Shown: positions 38,328 through 48,980 of the stretch, in pieces
Layout: each line of letters starts with the position of its first letter
How positions within the stretch are numbered: the stretch's first letter is position 1
Assembly: GCA_025358115.1 (NCBI GenBank)
Contig: JANYKQ010000064.1
Span: forward strand, 12-64,011
Reading direction: 5' to 3'
DNA length: 64,000 nucleotides
Origin: Methanomicrobiales archaeon
Lineage (GTDB): Archaea; Halobacteriota; Methanomicrobia; Methanomicrobiales; Methanospirillaceae
Program-made: the position numbers and the translations under genes
The notes under the pieces: generated by a model
What the model was told of the DNA's origin: nothing
The model's input: the letters and a program-made list of their open reading frames with translations, nothing else
Database searches by the model: none

Positions 38328-41300
38328 TCAGTGAAACCGGTAACCGAGAGTCTGGACGAGCACGATCATCTCACGGACCTGTTCATCCTGTTTCTTTGTC
38401 AGCTTGCGGCCATTCTGGATCAGGCGTCCCATCCGGACGATCTGCATGCGCTGTTCCTGGGAAAGAACGCCGGAGTGGTGAGACCATTTGAGGAGATCGA
38501 GCCACTGGAGGCGGTTGAAGGTGATGCCGTAACTGGACGGAGTTGCCATAAAATCGTCCAGATGTTTTCCCGAATCCCCCGCTTCTTTGCCAGATTCATC
38601 CTCTTCCTCATCTTCCCGTTCAGGTTCCTGTTCTTCAGCCGGCTCAAATTCTTCCGCAGGATCCTCATCCGGGATCATGCCCGGGGTTTCTGCCAGGGTC
38701 TCCGTAACGGGCGATGGGAAAACATCAGGAATCGGGTCTGCTTTTACCGGCGGTGTCTGAACATCTTCAAACAGATCCTCAATACCGGGAGACGGGGACA
38801 CTTCAGGATTATCGTCAGAGGTCTCTAAAGACACCGGTCCTGCAGGCATTGCAGGAGATGAAGTGACGGTTACTGCGTTTGGGGCAGGCCGGATCTCGGC
38901 AGGAAGATCGGTCTGTCTGACAACAACGGCCCATTTGCGTTCCCGGTCCGTAACTTTCGGACCTGGCTGCGAGAGGGACTGTTCCAGCAAAACTGCCTTT
39001 TTTTCTGTAGCTGCCAGTCGCTCCTCATCATTCATGTGGTCTTCCCATTCATCGGCCAGAGCGGTCCGGGCCTGCTGGATCTCATCGGAGAGAGCATCTG
39101 CACGGGCCTCTGCTGCTGCTTTTCCGGATTCGAGAGTTTGTACCTTCTGTTCAAGGTCATGCTGCCGGGCGAGCATCAGCTCGAAATCCTGGTTGAGCTT
39201 CTGGATCTTTGCCGCACGCAGATCGTCATGCAGTTCACGATCCTCTTTTACCAATGAAAACTGGTGCTCAGCCTGCTCCTTTGCAAGGGTAGCGGCACGG
39301 ACCTTGTCAGCAGTTGCCGCATGCACTGTTCTCTCCTGCTCCAGGGCTGCACTCAGCCGTTCCTGCTCTGCATTTGACCAGGCAATCTCCACTTCAAGTC
39401 TGCTCGCAATGTCTGTCGCATTTTGAAGGTTTGCTTCTGCGGAGCTGCGAATCCTCCGCTCGGAATCCAGTTCCGCCCGGGTCCGTTCCAGGTCATCCAA
39501 GAGCGAAAGGACCTGCTGGCCGGCCTGTTCCTTTCCCAAAACTACCGAATTCAGCTCATTTTCCAGTTCATCAATACGCGATGAAGCGGCTTTGAAATCC
39601 GCCAGAAGGACAGAATAGATACGGGTTGCAGCCTCGAGGTCCTGGTTCAGCTGGAGAAGGTTAATTTTATGTTCCGCAAGATCGGTTTTTGTCTGGTCGT
39701 GCGCACCCTGAACCGATTGCAGGGTTTCATCCCGCTCACGGATCGCAGCATTCAACTGTTCCTTAAGAACAGCATGCGCTTCTTTCTCACCGGCAAGGGC
39801 AAGACGTGCTTCAGCGAAGGCAGATTTTATCTGTTCCTGTTCTTCCGTGAGAATGCGGACCTGCTCACCGGCCTGATTATTTTCCTGCCTGGCGGATTTC
39901 AGCTCGTGCTCCAGCTCTTTGATACGGGAGGATGCAGCGGTAATATCTCCCTGGAGGGTTGACCGGAGCAATGCAGCAGCTTCGAGATCGCAGTTGAGCT
40001 GGACAAGGTTATTTTTGTGCAGGTCGAGATCGGTTTTTGTCTGGCTGTGCGCACCCAGGACCGATTGCAGGGACTCATCCCGCTCGCGAATAACCGCATT
40101 CAACCGTTCTCCATCTGCTGAATGCTGTTCTTTTTCAGTATTCAATGCAGACCGTACACTTTCGAACGATGTGGTGAGGGTACGGATCTCTTCATCGCTG
40201 GTTTTCTTCAAGAGAACAGCATCAGCCAGCTGTTTTTCCAGGGATTGGATCTTCCATTCACGTTCTTCGATCCCGGTCCGTGTTTCGTTACAGGAGGCAA
40301 TGGCAGCGGCCAGGGAAGCGGCGGTTTTTTTCTCTTCCGCGTGAGCGATAACCAGATCATCTTTGAGGATTTTTAATTCCCGTTCCTGGGAAAATACCGT
40401 GGCAACCCCGGAATCAAACCGGGCCTGCAGATCCTCGAGCTGCCGTTTGTGTGATTCTTCCAGCAACCCGCGGGTTGTTTTACCCTGCTCCAGATCGTGC
40501 CGGAGGGTTTCTATGATTGCCTCTGCCGATGTGCACCTGCCCGTTTCAGCTTCAAGCAGGGTAGTTAACCGGAGGATCTCGGCGTCCTGCCGGAGGGTTG
40601 AATCCTTCAGTTCATCGATACGGTGAGTCAGCTCTCCGTCTGACACCCCTTTTGCCTGGAGTGCAGACCTGACCTCCTGTTCAGCGGACTCAGTCCGCTT
40701 TTTCTCGGAGGATAATTCGGAATTCAGGTTTTCACATTCAAGAGTCAGATCCTGAAGGGATCGTTTCAGCTGCTCAATCTGTCCCAATGACTCCTTTACT
40801 GCGAGTTCAAGAGCGGCAGAGCGGGCTGTTTCCCCATCCAGTGCATGCTGAAGGGTATTGAGGTCAGTGGTTTTCAGACTGAGTTCCTGGGATAATGCAG
40901 TTACCTGGTCGGTCAGGAGAGTTGTTTCCGACAGGGTACAGGCAGCGGTTTTTTCTCTGGTCTCGAGCAGTATGCGAATCTGTTCTTCAGCGGTAACAAG
41001 AAGGGTTTTTAGATCCCCCAGATCCCGCGAGAGCTGTCCGGCTTCCGCGGTCTTTTCATCGAGAGCCTGTACGGTCTCGTCGAGGTCTGCCCTGAGGGTA
41101 CGCTCATCCTGCTCTTTTTTCTTAACACTGGCACTGAGCATCCCGATGGTCCGGGCATTCTCACTACCTGCTTCTTCAAGCACTCGTATCCGGGAGGAGA
41201 GAGTCTGTAGTTCAGTATGGGCCAGAGAGAGGTCCTCAGAATTCTTGACAGCGATCTCAAAAGCCGAGAGGAGAAATTCCAGGAGTTTCCTGCGATCAGC

Positions 41301-41789
41301 TGTAACAACAAAGATCTTGTCATCATGCTGGATCTTGAACTGCGTCTTTATCTGGTCTGAAGTCAGTCGCTCAACAGGAGTTGCGAGCATTCCTTCGATG
41401 AGCGAGAGAAGATAGGGAAAGTCATAGGGCTGGGCGATGAAATTGTCCCCATTGCTGTCAAGAACGTTCAACAGGTCGCTCAATGATGATGCGCGTGTCA
41501 GGATCATGACCGGGATCATCCAGAGCGTATCGTCCGCCTTGATCTGCCGGCAGTAATCATATGCTTCCTGACCAAAGGAGGTAGTGTCACAGATTATAAG
41601 ATTGGGTCTGGCAGAGCGAAGATTATCTATGAGCTCTGCCCCATCGGTAAAGAGGGATACCCGGTAATCCTGGTGCTCAAGGTGTTCCACGAGCTCCTGT
41701 GTTGCTGTTTCACTCTCGCCCAAAACGAAAATATCAATGACACTTTCGTTTCCATCTGATAGAGGATTATTCATCGCCATCTCTCGCAC
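38328..41789 (-). CDS. Atypical receiver domain, ~750-aa coiled coil, acidic linker and small C-terminal domain
   Basis: PNLIICD...IPVMILT...FIAQPYD; heptad-rich E/L/A/Q region. Confidence 0.85.
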   Translation of the reverse strand: MREMAMNNPLSDGNESVIDIFVLGESETATQELVEHLEHQDYRVSLFTDGAELIDNLRSARPNLIICDTTSFGQEAYDYCRQIKADDTLWMIPVMILTRASSLSDLLNVLDSNGDNFIAQPYDFPYLLSLIEGMLATPVERLTSDQIKTQFKIQHDDKIFVVTADRRKLLEFLLSAFEIAVKNSEDLSLAHTELQTLSSRIRVLEEAGSENARTIGMLSASVKKKEQDERTLRADLDETVQALDEKTAEAGQLSRDLGDLKTLLVTAEEQIRILLETREKTAACTLSETTLLTDQVTALSQELSLKTTDLNTLQHALDGETARSAALELAVKESLGQIEQLKRSLQDLTLECENLNSELSSEKKRTESAEQEVRSALQAKGVSDGELTHRIDELKDSTLRQDAEILRLTTLLEAETGRCTSAEAIIETLRHDLEQGKTTRGLLEESHKRQLEDLQARFDSGVATVFSQERELKILKDDLVIAHAEEKKTAASLAAAIASCNETRTGIEEREWKIQSLEKQLADAVLLKKTSDEEIRTLTTSFESVRSALNTEKEQHSADGERLNAVIRERDESLQSVLGAHSQTKTDLDLHKNNLVQLNCDLEAAALLRSTLQGDITAASSRIKELEHELKSARQENNQAGEQVRILTEEQEQIKSAFAEARLALAGEKEAHAVLKEQLNAAIRERDETLQSVQGAHDQTKTDLAEHKINLLQLNQDLEAATRIYSVLLADFKAASSRIDELENELNSVVLGKEQAGQQVLSLLDDLERTRAELDSERRIRSSAEANLQNATDIASRLEVEIAWSNAEQERLSAALEQERTVHAATADKVRAATLAKEQAEHQFSLVKEDRELHDDLRAAKIQKLNQDFELMLARQHDLEQKVQTLESGKAAAEARADALSDEIQQARTALADEWEDHMNDEERLAATEKKAVLLEQSLSQPGPKVTDRERKWAVVVRQTDLPAEIRPAPNAVTVTSSPAMPAGPVSLETSDDNPEVSPSPGIEDLFEDVQTPPVKADPIPDVFPSPVTETLAETPGMIPDEDPAEEFEPAEEQEPEREDEEEDESGKEAGDSGKHLDDFMATPSSYGITFNRLQWLDLLKWSHHSGVLSQEQRMQIVRMGRLIQNGRKLTKKQDEQVREMIVLVQTLGYRFH

Positions 41790-41927
41790 GGTTAAACTAT
41801 CACAATACTTCTGTGCCTGAATATATGATTTTATATACAGGATTATAGCACTTCTGGTCGAAAAGAGCTGGCCGGGGCCTTACTGGGGCAAAATTACGCG
41901 ATAATTACAAAAACAGAGGGGTTGGGT

Positions 41928-42782
41928 TTATTCATCGTGCAGGACCGGATCAACCGGGATCTGAAGTTCAGTGAGCAGTTCATCCTCGGGAACCGCAGAA
42001 GGATCATTGAGATAGAGCTCGCGGGGGGGACCGGCAATAGAAAATTCCCGTTCCTCAGCCCAGGCTCCAATCCGGCTCCAGGCTTCATGGAGTCCTGCAT
42101 ACGGCCCCTTGTAAATGAGCGTTACACATTTTCCCCCGGCAAGGGTCCGGATCTTCATGGAAGGATCATTAATCGAGCACTTTCCGGTGATGGGGACAAC
42201 ACACTCCATATCCGCATCTTTCTCCTTGTATTCCGAATCATGATACAGGGTCATAAACGGCCCGGCAATCTTCATCCCGTTTCTCTGGTTTTCCTCAGAG
42301 AACAGCTGGCCGCAGATATCGTTTATCAGTCGTGTTATCGTCTCGCCGTAGGTTCCGCATCCCCGCTTTCCGACAATACGCACGGCTGCAATATCCTTAA
42401 CAACAGGTTCATTCATCGACATGTAGATCAACTCCAGCGAAGCATCCCGGTCTTCAAGAATTGCCTCGATCTCCTGTAACCGGCTGACTTCCGACCGGAT
42501 CTCGGACCTGCGTTTTTTGAACAGTGCCCGTATCGTCCCGGTATCGTTCTTATCCTTTGCCCGGAGCAGGATTTCGATCTCATTGAGCGGGAAACCAAGT
42601 TCACACAAGGTCTTGATCGACACCCCCCGGGCGATCTGGGAGCCCGTGTAGTACCGGTACCGGGTGAACGTATCCTTTTCTTCCGGCACAAGCAGGCCCC
42701 GTTCATCATAGAGCCGGAGCGCTTTCTGGCTGAGCCGGGTGATTAACGAGAACCTGCCTATCGGGATCTGGTCGATTGCCAT
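41928..42782 (-). CDS. MerR-family regulator with GyrI-like effector domain
   Basis: IGRFS..RLSQKALRLYDERGLL.P, YRYY; YKGPY, RELYLNDP...TELQIPV. Confidence 0.93.
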   Translation of the reverse strand: MAIDQIPIGRFSLITRLSQKALRLYDERGLLVPEEKDTFTRYRYYTGSQIARGVSIKTLCELGFPLNEIEILLRAKDKNDTGTIRALFKKRRSEIRSEVSRLQEIEAILEDRDASLELIYMSMNEPVVKDIAAVRIVGKRGCGTYGETITRLINDICGQLFSEENQRNGMKIAGPFMTLYHDSEYKEKDADMECVVPITGKCSINDPSMKIRTLAGGKCVTLIYKGPYAGLHEAWSRIGAWAEEREFSIAGPPRELYLNDPSAVPEDELLTELQIPVDPVLHDE

Positions 42783-42869
42783 AGTTACACTAATGTGTGT
42801 TCCTGTAAACGATATAGGATGCAGCAGTCTGCCGCAGGGCAGAGTCCGGAATTATTGGAGAAAAGTTTT

Positions 42870-43724
42870 TCAGAATACCGGGTTGCGGCGTTCCACCCAG
42901 TAATCGATCAGTGCCCGGGAGATGCTCAGCGGGGATGGGATCAGGGGAAGGTTATCCCGGTTGAACCATCCCGCAGAAACGATCTCATTATTGTCGATGG
43001 TTATCTCCCCTCCCGCATAGTCAGCGATAAATCCGATCATGAACGAATGGGGAAACGGCCACGGTTCGCTGCCAAAATAGCGGATGTTTTTTACGCGGAT
43101 TCCCACTTCCTCCTGTACTTCCCGGCAAACCGCGTGTTCGAGATTTTCACCGGGCTCTACAAATCCGGCGATCAGACCATGAAGGCCGGGTGGAAAATGA
43201 GGTGAACGGGCGAGAAGGATTTGATCCTCTTTTTCGACCAGGACTATGATTGACGGGGAAAGTCGTGGATACGTGATAAGGTTGCAGTCAGAACAGAATT
43301 TCGCCCGTTCGGTCCGGAGCTGCCGGGTTTTTGCACCGCACCGTCCGCAGAACTTCGTTGTGCGGTCAAAGTCGATGATCTGGACTGCAAGAGCAGCTAT
43401 GGCCAGTTCCTCGCCCGACACCAGACCGAAGAGTTCCCGTACGCCGGAAAAATGCCAGCCGGCAGGGAGTGCCGTACCCGGAGCTGGCTCGAGGGCGTAA
43501 CATGCGGCTGCATCCCGATGTCCAAGATACTGTACTCTCATAGCAGCAGGGGACACGGAACCGGCCGGGTTTTTCTCCGACAAAATGGTCGGTTGAGGAC
43601 CGTCCGTTACCGCAACGCTGTTGCCGCTTACAACTACCCAGAGAACGCCGTTCGCCGGGATTGTTTCAGGAAGGGGAAACCGGAAGACCAGTGAGCCTGT
43701 TGATAATTTCGCTTCGTGGATCAT
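42870..43724 (-). CDS. nudC: NAD(H) diphosphatase
   Basis: FCGRCG...CSDC Zn ribbon, YPR, Nudix box AGFVEPGE...REVQEEVG, SEPWPFPHS. Confidence 0.92.
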   Translation of the reverse strand: MIHEAKLSTGSLVFRFPLPETIPANGVLWVVVSGNSVAVTDGPQPTILSEKNPAGSVSPAAMRVQYLGHRDAAACYALEPAPGTALPAGWHFSGVRELFGLVSGEELAIAALAVQIIDFDRTTKFCGRCGAKTRQLRTERAKFCSDCNLITYPRLSPSIIVLVEKEDQILLARSPHFPPGLHGLIAGFVEPGENLEHAVCREVQEEVGIRVKNIRYFGSEPWPFPHSFMIGFIADYAGGEITIDNNEIVSAGWFNRDNLPLIPSPLSISRALIDYWVERRNPVF

Positions 43725-43726
43725 GA

Positions 43727-45418
43727 TTAAGGGATATCCCCCCGCCTGATACCCGGGGGCTGGCCCGTGAGGGGATCGATAAGAAGATCTACGCTTCCCA
43801 TTGGAACCCGGGTAGAACTGCGCTTGATCAGGGCACCATTGCGGTAGATTTCGATAAGGAGGGTATCACCGGAGTAATCCTGCTTCTGGGCTGAAGCCTT
43901 GACTACGCGATCACTCCAGAGGGCTTTGTAGAGCTGGACACCAGAGCCGGAGACGGGATGCATGAGTTCCAAATTGCCCACCTCGCCAATGAAAGTTCCC
44001 GGATATTCGATGCGCACCCAGAGACCATCAGCAGGTACCAGACCGGGAACCAGCGCAGGTGTCGGCTGGACTGTCGCAACCGGGACAACGACAGCCGGGA
44101 GATCCTTTCCGGAATCCAGCAGGTGGAATGAACCAATCATCGCCACTCCCAGCACAACAAGAATGACAACAACAATTGCGGCTATAAGAATGGGGGGAGA
44201 TGATTGTTTTTGAGATTCCGGGGCAGGTGAGGTGACTGCAGCGGGGATAGGAGCAGTTTCCGGATCGGTTTCCGGAATTGATCCGGGTGCTGGAAGTTCG
44301 ACCGGCCCATCATCCGGAGGCGATGCCGGAACAATTGTATTGACAGGGATGACAGTGTCGTTAATTTCTGCTACCGGTTCTTCAGGAATTATTCTGGCTT
44401 GATCTGCAGTTGATTCGGGTTCGTCATCAGTATTATCCACCGCAGGAACTGCATCCGGCGCGGGTACTACAGGGATTGCGGGAATCGCTGGTGAGGACGA
44501 GACTAAAGAACGGGCAGCATCAGCCCAGATACTTTTCGCATCAGTGATTGCCGGGTCTTCATCCTTTTCATCCGGCACTTCCGGTTGATGAGTCTCCGAA
44601 ATTTCGGGTTCCTGATTTTTTTCAGAGGGGATTTCGCTTACTGCATGAACCGGGGTGAGATCCGGGGGATTTTCATATTCTGAGGAGATCTCATCAATAA
44701 TTTCACCTGTTGTTATGGCTGGAACAGGGGGATTGGTTTTAGCGTCAGCAGCTGTCGGAATGGGGGAGTATTCATTGGTATCGGGGATCTCTTCGCCCGG
44801 CAGTACGGTTTCTTCACCCTCCGGCAGGGACGGCAAAAGGGGGGGGGTGGATATATCAGCCGGTTTCACATTTTCCAGAGGAGCCGGTTCGTCAATCACC
44901 GGGGATTGTGGAATGGCGGAGGACGGGAGCGGTTCGGGCTTTACCGGGTATTCCCCAATGACCGATCTGCGGGGACTGACCGTCTCGATTCGGTAGGTAG
45001 CAGACATCCGCGGCTGGAGAACTTTTACCGGATCATACGGGAGGGTGCCAGCAGTGATTGCCTCATTCCGGACCCGGTTTGCCTGATCCTCAAGGGTTGC
45101 CGCCCATTCATTGCATTCCTTTACCCGCGGTTCTCCTTTCTGCCGGGTGAAGACGAAATCCAGAGGATGCGGGGCACCGGTACCGCTGATGTCCATAGAG
45201 GAGAGCGTGATGATCGGATCCCCTTTTGCATCGGTTCCGGCAAAGACGGTGATGATGGTCTCGAGCGGGATAGTGCGGAGCTGAAACGGGGTGACAGAAT
45301 TATCGATAAGGATGAGACGCCGGCTGGTAAGCATCAGGTCCAGGGACAGGCCACCGGTGCGGATGCCATGCGTGGACAGGATTAGGGATTCATCGCTGGA
45401 TAAGTACGGGTCGCCCAT
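43727..45418 (-). CDS. Membrane protein: PH-like N-terminal domain, Pro/acidic linker, TM helix, C-terminal beta domain
   Basis: YLSSDESLIL..LMLTSRRLIL...ECNEWAATL; ILIAAIVVVILVVLGV. Confidence 0.7.
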   Translation of the reverse strand: MGDPYLSSDESLILSTHGIRTGGLSLDLMLTSRRLILIDNSVTPFQLRTIPLETIITVFAGTDAKGDPIITLSSMDISGTGAPHPLDFVFTRQKGEPRVKECNEWAATLEDQANRVRNEAITAGTLPYDPVKVLQPRMSATYRIETVSPRRSVIGEYPVKPEPLPSSAIPQSPVIDEPAPLENVKPADISTPPLLPSLPEGEETVLPGEEIPDTNEYSPIPTAADAKTNPPVPAITTGEIIDEISSEYENPPDLTPVHAVSEIPSEKNQEPEISETHQPEVPDEKDEDPAITDAKSIWADAARSLVSSSPAIPAIPVVPAPDAVPAVDNTDDEPESTADQARIIPEEPVAEINDTVIPVNTIVPASPPDDGPVELPAPGSIPETDPETAPIPAAVTSPAPESQKQSSPPILIAAIVVVILVVLGVAMIGSFHLLDSGKDLPAVVVPVATVQPTPALVPGLVPADGLWVRIEYPGTFIGEVGNLELMHPVSGSGVQLYKALWSDRVVKASAQKQDYSGDTLLIEIYRNGALIKRSSTRVPMGSVDLLIDPLTGQPPGIRRGDIP

Positions 45419-45599
45419 GTTACCTCAGTTGGTCTGTGTACTGTGCGCTGTCCGGGGCAATATGCTTTTTAGCCGGCTCTGGCAGTGGCCGGTGAGAACA
45501 AACGAAAAGGAAAAACAAAACATACCATTATTTGGGAATTTTTTCACGGAACATTTACGGACAAAATCCCCGGCATTATACCCGGGACTCTGGAATTTC

Positions 45600-46394
45600 T
45601 CAGTACCCTGTAGCGTAATACCAGTCGCCCTCTTTCCGGACATGGACGGGCACATTGAAGAGCCCGCCGGTCTTCCGGTCAGTCAGCATCTCTTCTTTCG
45701 TGCCATCGCCGACAAACTGCCCGTCTTTCATAAGAATGATCCGATCGATCTCGGGGATGATATCGTGGAGATTATGCGTCACGAGGATGATGCCGGTGCC
45801 GGCCCGGGCAATCTTTCGCACCAGCTTCCGGAACGTGTGAAGAGCATGCAGGTCAAGGCTGTTGGTGGGTTCATCGAGGATGAGGGCGGCCGGGTTGTGG
45901 ACAAGTGCCCTGCCTATCAGGAACCGCCGGGCTTCTCCGGACGACATCGCTGACATCTGGCGTTCCTGGAGGGGTTCGATCTCCAGAAATTTCAGGATCT
46001 CATCCGTTCTCGCTTCCATTGCCATCGTTATCGTATGGTTGAAGAGCCCGATGCTTGAGAAGAATCCCGACAGGATCACTTCCCGGCCCGATACCTCCCG
46101 CGTATACGTGTATTGCAGGTCATTGGAGACAATCCCTATGAAGGAACGCATGGTAAAGACATCCCAGAACTCCTCGCCACGGATACGGAACACCGTGTCA
46201 TCGCGGGGCTGGGGATAGTATTCCCGGTTCACCGCTTTGATGAACGAGGATTTCCCGGCGCCATTGGGACCGAGGATTGCGATGTGCTCGCCTTCGTCGA
46301 TTGACACAGAGACAGAGTCAAGCACATTCTTTTCGCCCTTTATTACGGTAACATTCCTGAATTCAAGGAGCGGGGGAGTGCGGGGTTTTGTCAT
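45600..46394 (-). CDS. ABC ATP-binding protein (ModF-like)
   Basis: GPNGAGKS, MSSGE, LDEP, VTH. Confidence 0.92.
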   Translation of the reverse strand: MTKPRTPPLLEFRNVTVIKGEKNVLDSVSVSIDEGEHIAILGPNGAGKSSFIKAVNREYYPQPRDDTVFRIRGEEFWDVFTMRSFIGIVSNDLQYTYTREVSGREVILSGFFSSIGLFNHTITMAMEARTDEILKFLEIEPLQERQMSAMSSGEARRFLIGRALVHNPAALILDEPTNSLDLHALHTFRKLVRKIARAGTGIILVTHNLHDIIPEIDRIILMKDGQFVGDGTKEEMLTDRKTGGLFNVPVHVRKEGDWYYATGY

Positions 46395-46523
46395 CGTAAG
46401 GTTTCCGGAATTGCTGCGTTTTTTTTTAATGGGGGAATGAGTATTTAAGGAATTGCCAGTTATTTTTTTGGGATTTATGGGTGAGAAGTGACGACCGGGA
46501 ATATCGCGTTCCCTTCAAGAGGA

Positions 46524-48251
46524 TCAGATCAACCCGGCAATCCGGATCGTGTACTCCCGTTGCCTGCCATCGGCAGCAGAGGAGAGCGTTCCTCCGGCCC
46601 GGTCACTGAGCCGCCCGAGAAAGCCCCCACCGGATTTCATTGCATCCGAAGCCGTGCACCCGGTCCCCGTAAGAGTTACGACAGCATTGTTCCCGTCACG
46701 CTGTACCGAAAGGGTGATGGCATCGGCGCCTACCCCGACGAGATCTTCGAGGATATAGGTGACCAGGTCCGTAAACTCATCATGATCAACTGCCGCAACA
46801 AGGGATTTTTCACCCGCAGAGAATGAAAAGGTAACATCAGAGAGGAGTGGCTGCATACCGATCCGGTTAAGAAGCAGCCGGGTAAAGGTTGAATCATCAT
46901 CATCCGACGAGAGGAGATCATCATCCGAACACGCAGGAACCGATAGTCCCGTCACGAGCGCCTCAAGATGCCGGACCAGGTCACACTCTGTCCGTTCACT
47001 GGGAGGACAGAAACCCCTCAGCATCGTGGTGTAATCCGAGAGCAGCCGGGCAGCCCGCTGGACAAGGGCCGGGTCGATGATATGTGAAAGTTCAGGCCCG
47101 TCAAACGAACGCTGGAGTTTGCCGATAACCTGGCCTGCCTTGAGCGCAAGATGGATCGATACACCACCTCCCTTATGATGTTCGTCGGAAAATGAACGGA
47201 ACACATCGAGAAGCTCATCGATAACATCACCCTTGATCAGGCGACTGACTTCCTTGGCAATATCATCCTCCCCGAGTTCCTCCATCACGTAGGAGACATA
47301 GTAGAGCCGCCCTGCCATGATGGTGAAGAGTTCATTGACCTGCTCCATGCAGTCCTCGGCAAATGCTGCAGTCTCGATCGACCGTTCACGGTTCAGTTCA
47401 ACAATATTTTCCAGCGCCCGGGCATCCGAGCGGATGGATGAAAACATCCTTCCTGCATCAGCAGCCGTTATCACCCGCCCGTGGCCCGGCAGAACAACAT
47501 CAATGCCGCCTTCATTGAGAAGAGACTCGATGCCATCGAGAGAGCGGATGAGGGCTGACTGGTCCCACCCGGGTATACCGGCGATTCCCGGGTTTGCGGC
47601 AAAGAGGACATCGCCGATGAAGAGCAGCCCCCCCATCTGCATGCAGATACTATCCGGGCTGTGCCCGGGAGTATGATAGACATCAAGAACAGGACCCGTG
47701 CCAAATTCGATCCGTTCCCGGGCCAGGCCGCCAGGGGTCTGTCCCCGGGTGATGGTGACCGAGGCCCCGTTTGAAAATGCGAGGAATACCGGGACACCGA
47801 ACGAACCGGCCCGGTCAGCAGTAAGAAGGGGAAGCCCTATCCGTATTGGCGAGATAGTCTGGTCCAGGAGCTCTGCCTGGGTCATCTTTGCGTCCCCGCA
47901 TTCAAGTACTGCGGCTCCGGCTTCCTGCACGGCAAAGACAATGACATTCGGGTGGGCAAAGGCCGGGATATCCTGGGTGCCGCGGAAATGATCGATATGG
48001 GCATGGGTGAGAACCACAAAGACCGGACGGTCGTGATCCTTACGGAGCCCTTCTATGATCCGAACCAGGTTTTCAGATTGTTCCGGAAATCCACCGGGAT
48101 CGACCAGGAGGATCGTATCATCGGTCTGGATAAGGTAGGAATTGGAAGAGAGGGTATCGATCTTCCGGATAAAAGGGTATATCTGTGCCCCCGCAGCGCC
48201 CGGTACCGGTTGCCACTCCTGGGAAATGAGTGGTTCGCTACCACCCGGCAA
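46524..48251 (-). CDS. MBL-fold metallo-hydrolase with helical middle and degenerate GHKL-like C-terminus
   Basis: THAHIDH, TPGHS, GD, PGHG; tail ITLSVQRDGNNAVVTLTGTG...RAGGTL...YTIRI. Confidence 0.8.
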   Translation of the reverse strand: MPGGSEPLISQEWQPVPGAAGAQIYPFIRKIDTLSSNSYLIQTDDTILLVDPGGFPEQSENLVRIIEGLRKDHDRPVFVVLTHAHIDHFRGTQDIPAFAHPNVIVFAVQEAGAAVLECGDAKMTQAELLDQTISPIRIGLPLLTADRAGSFGVPVFLAFSNGASVTITRGQTPGGLARERIEFGTGPVLDVYHTPGHSPDSICMQMGGLLFIGDVLFAANPGIAGIPGWDQSALIRSLDGIESLLNEGGIDVVLPGHGRVITAADAGRMFSSIRSDARALENIVELNRERSIETAAFAEDCMEQVNELFTIMAGRLYYVSYVMEELGEDDIAKEVSRLIKGDVIDELLDVFRSFSDEHHKGGGVSIHLALKAGQVIGKLQRSFDGPELSHIIDPALVQRAARLLSDYTTMLRGFCPPSERTECDLVRHLEALVTGLSVPACSDDDLLSSDDDDSTFTRLLLNRIGMQPLLSDVTFSFSAGEKSLVAAVDHDEFTDLVTYILEDLVGVGADAITLSVQRDGNNAVVTLTGTGCTASDAMKSGGGFLGRLSDRAGGTLSSAADGRQREYTIRIAGLI

Positions 48252-48570
48252 GTGCTTCGCCCTCAGAAGGATAGATGGAAAAGATGGTGGTGAACCCGGC
48301 CAGTTTCAGGATTTTGTGCACTTCTGCTACCAGGCTGCACAGGGCATATTTGTCACCGGGTTGTTTGAGTTTCTTTGCAGTTGCCAGCAGTACCCGCAGG
48401 CCACCGCTGCTGATGTAGGTGACAGCAGAAAAATTGAGCAGTATCTTCCGGTTCCCGCCTTCAATTGCCTTGTTGATTGCCTGTTCAAGGGTCGGTGCAG
48501 TCGCCGTATCTATTCTCCCGGTAATCGATAGGATAGTTGCCCCGTCACGGGTTGCAGTTGTAATCTCCAC
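48238..48570 (-). CDS. STAS-domain anti-sigma-factor antagonist-like protein (RsbV/SpoIIAA family)
   Basis: GRIDTATA, LNFSAVTYISSGGLRVLL, ILKLAGF; GTG start. Confidence 0.92.
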   Translation of the reverse strand: MEITTATRDGATILSITGRIDTATAPTLEQAINKAIEGGNRKILLNFSAVTYISSGGLRVLLATAKKLKQPGDKYALCSLVAEVHKILKLAGFTTIFSIYPSEGEALAGW

Positions 48571-48980
48571 GGTATTCCCTCTTGTCTGGTGAAAATTGCC
48601 AGAGTATGTTAGCTGAATTTTGGTGTTTTTTAAAGATAATGCTATGCATGTCAGAATACAGCAAGGTTACAATCGGTACAGGGTACATGCGGATTGCCTA
48701 AAACATTCATTCACCTGTGACAGGACTACGGGTCTTTGACTTGTGATCCCGGTCATGGCGTGACCATTAAAAGAGCCGGTGTGTAATAACATATCAGAGA
48801 ATTCATGGCAGCAACAATTTTTACATCCCTGCTGGTGCACTTCCCGCTAAGCGGTATTATTATTGTTGCTGCCTCTTTCCTGACCGGGCATGAACTCTCC
48901 TTATCAATGCCCGACAGACACCGGTTCTGCATAGGCTGCCCAAAGCCAGACAATTGTAACCTCATGACGATACGGGTGAC

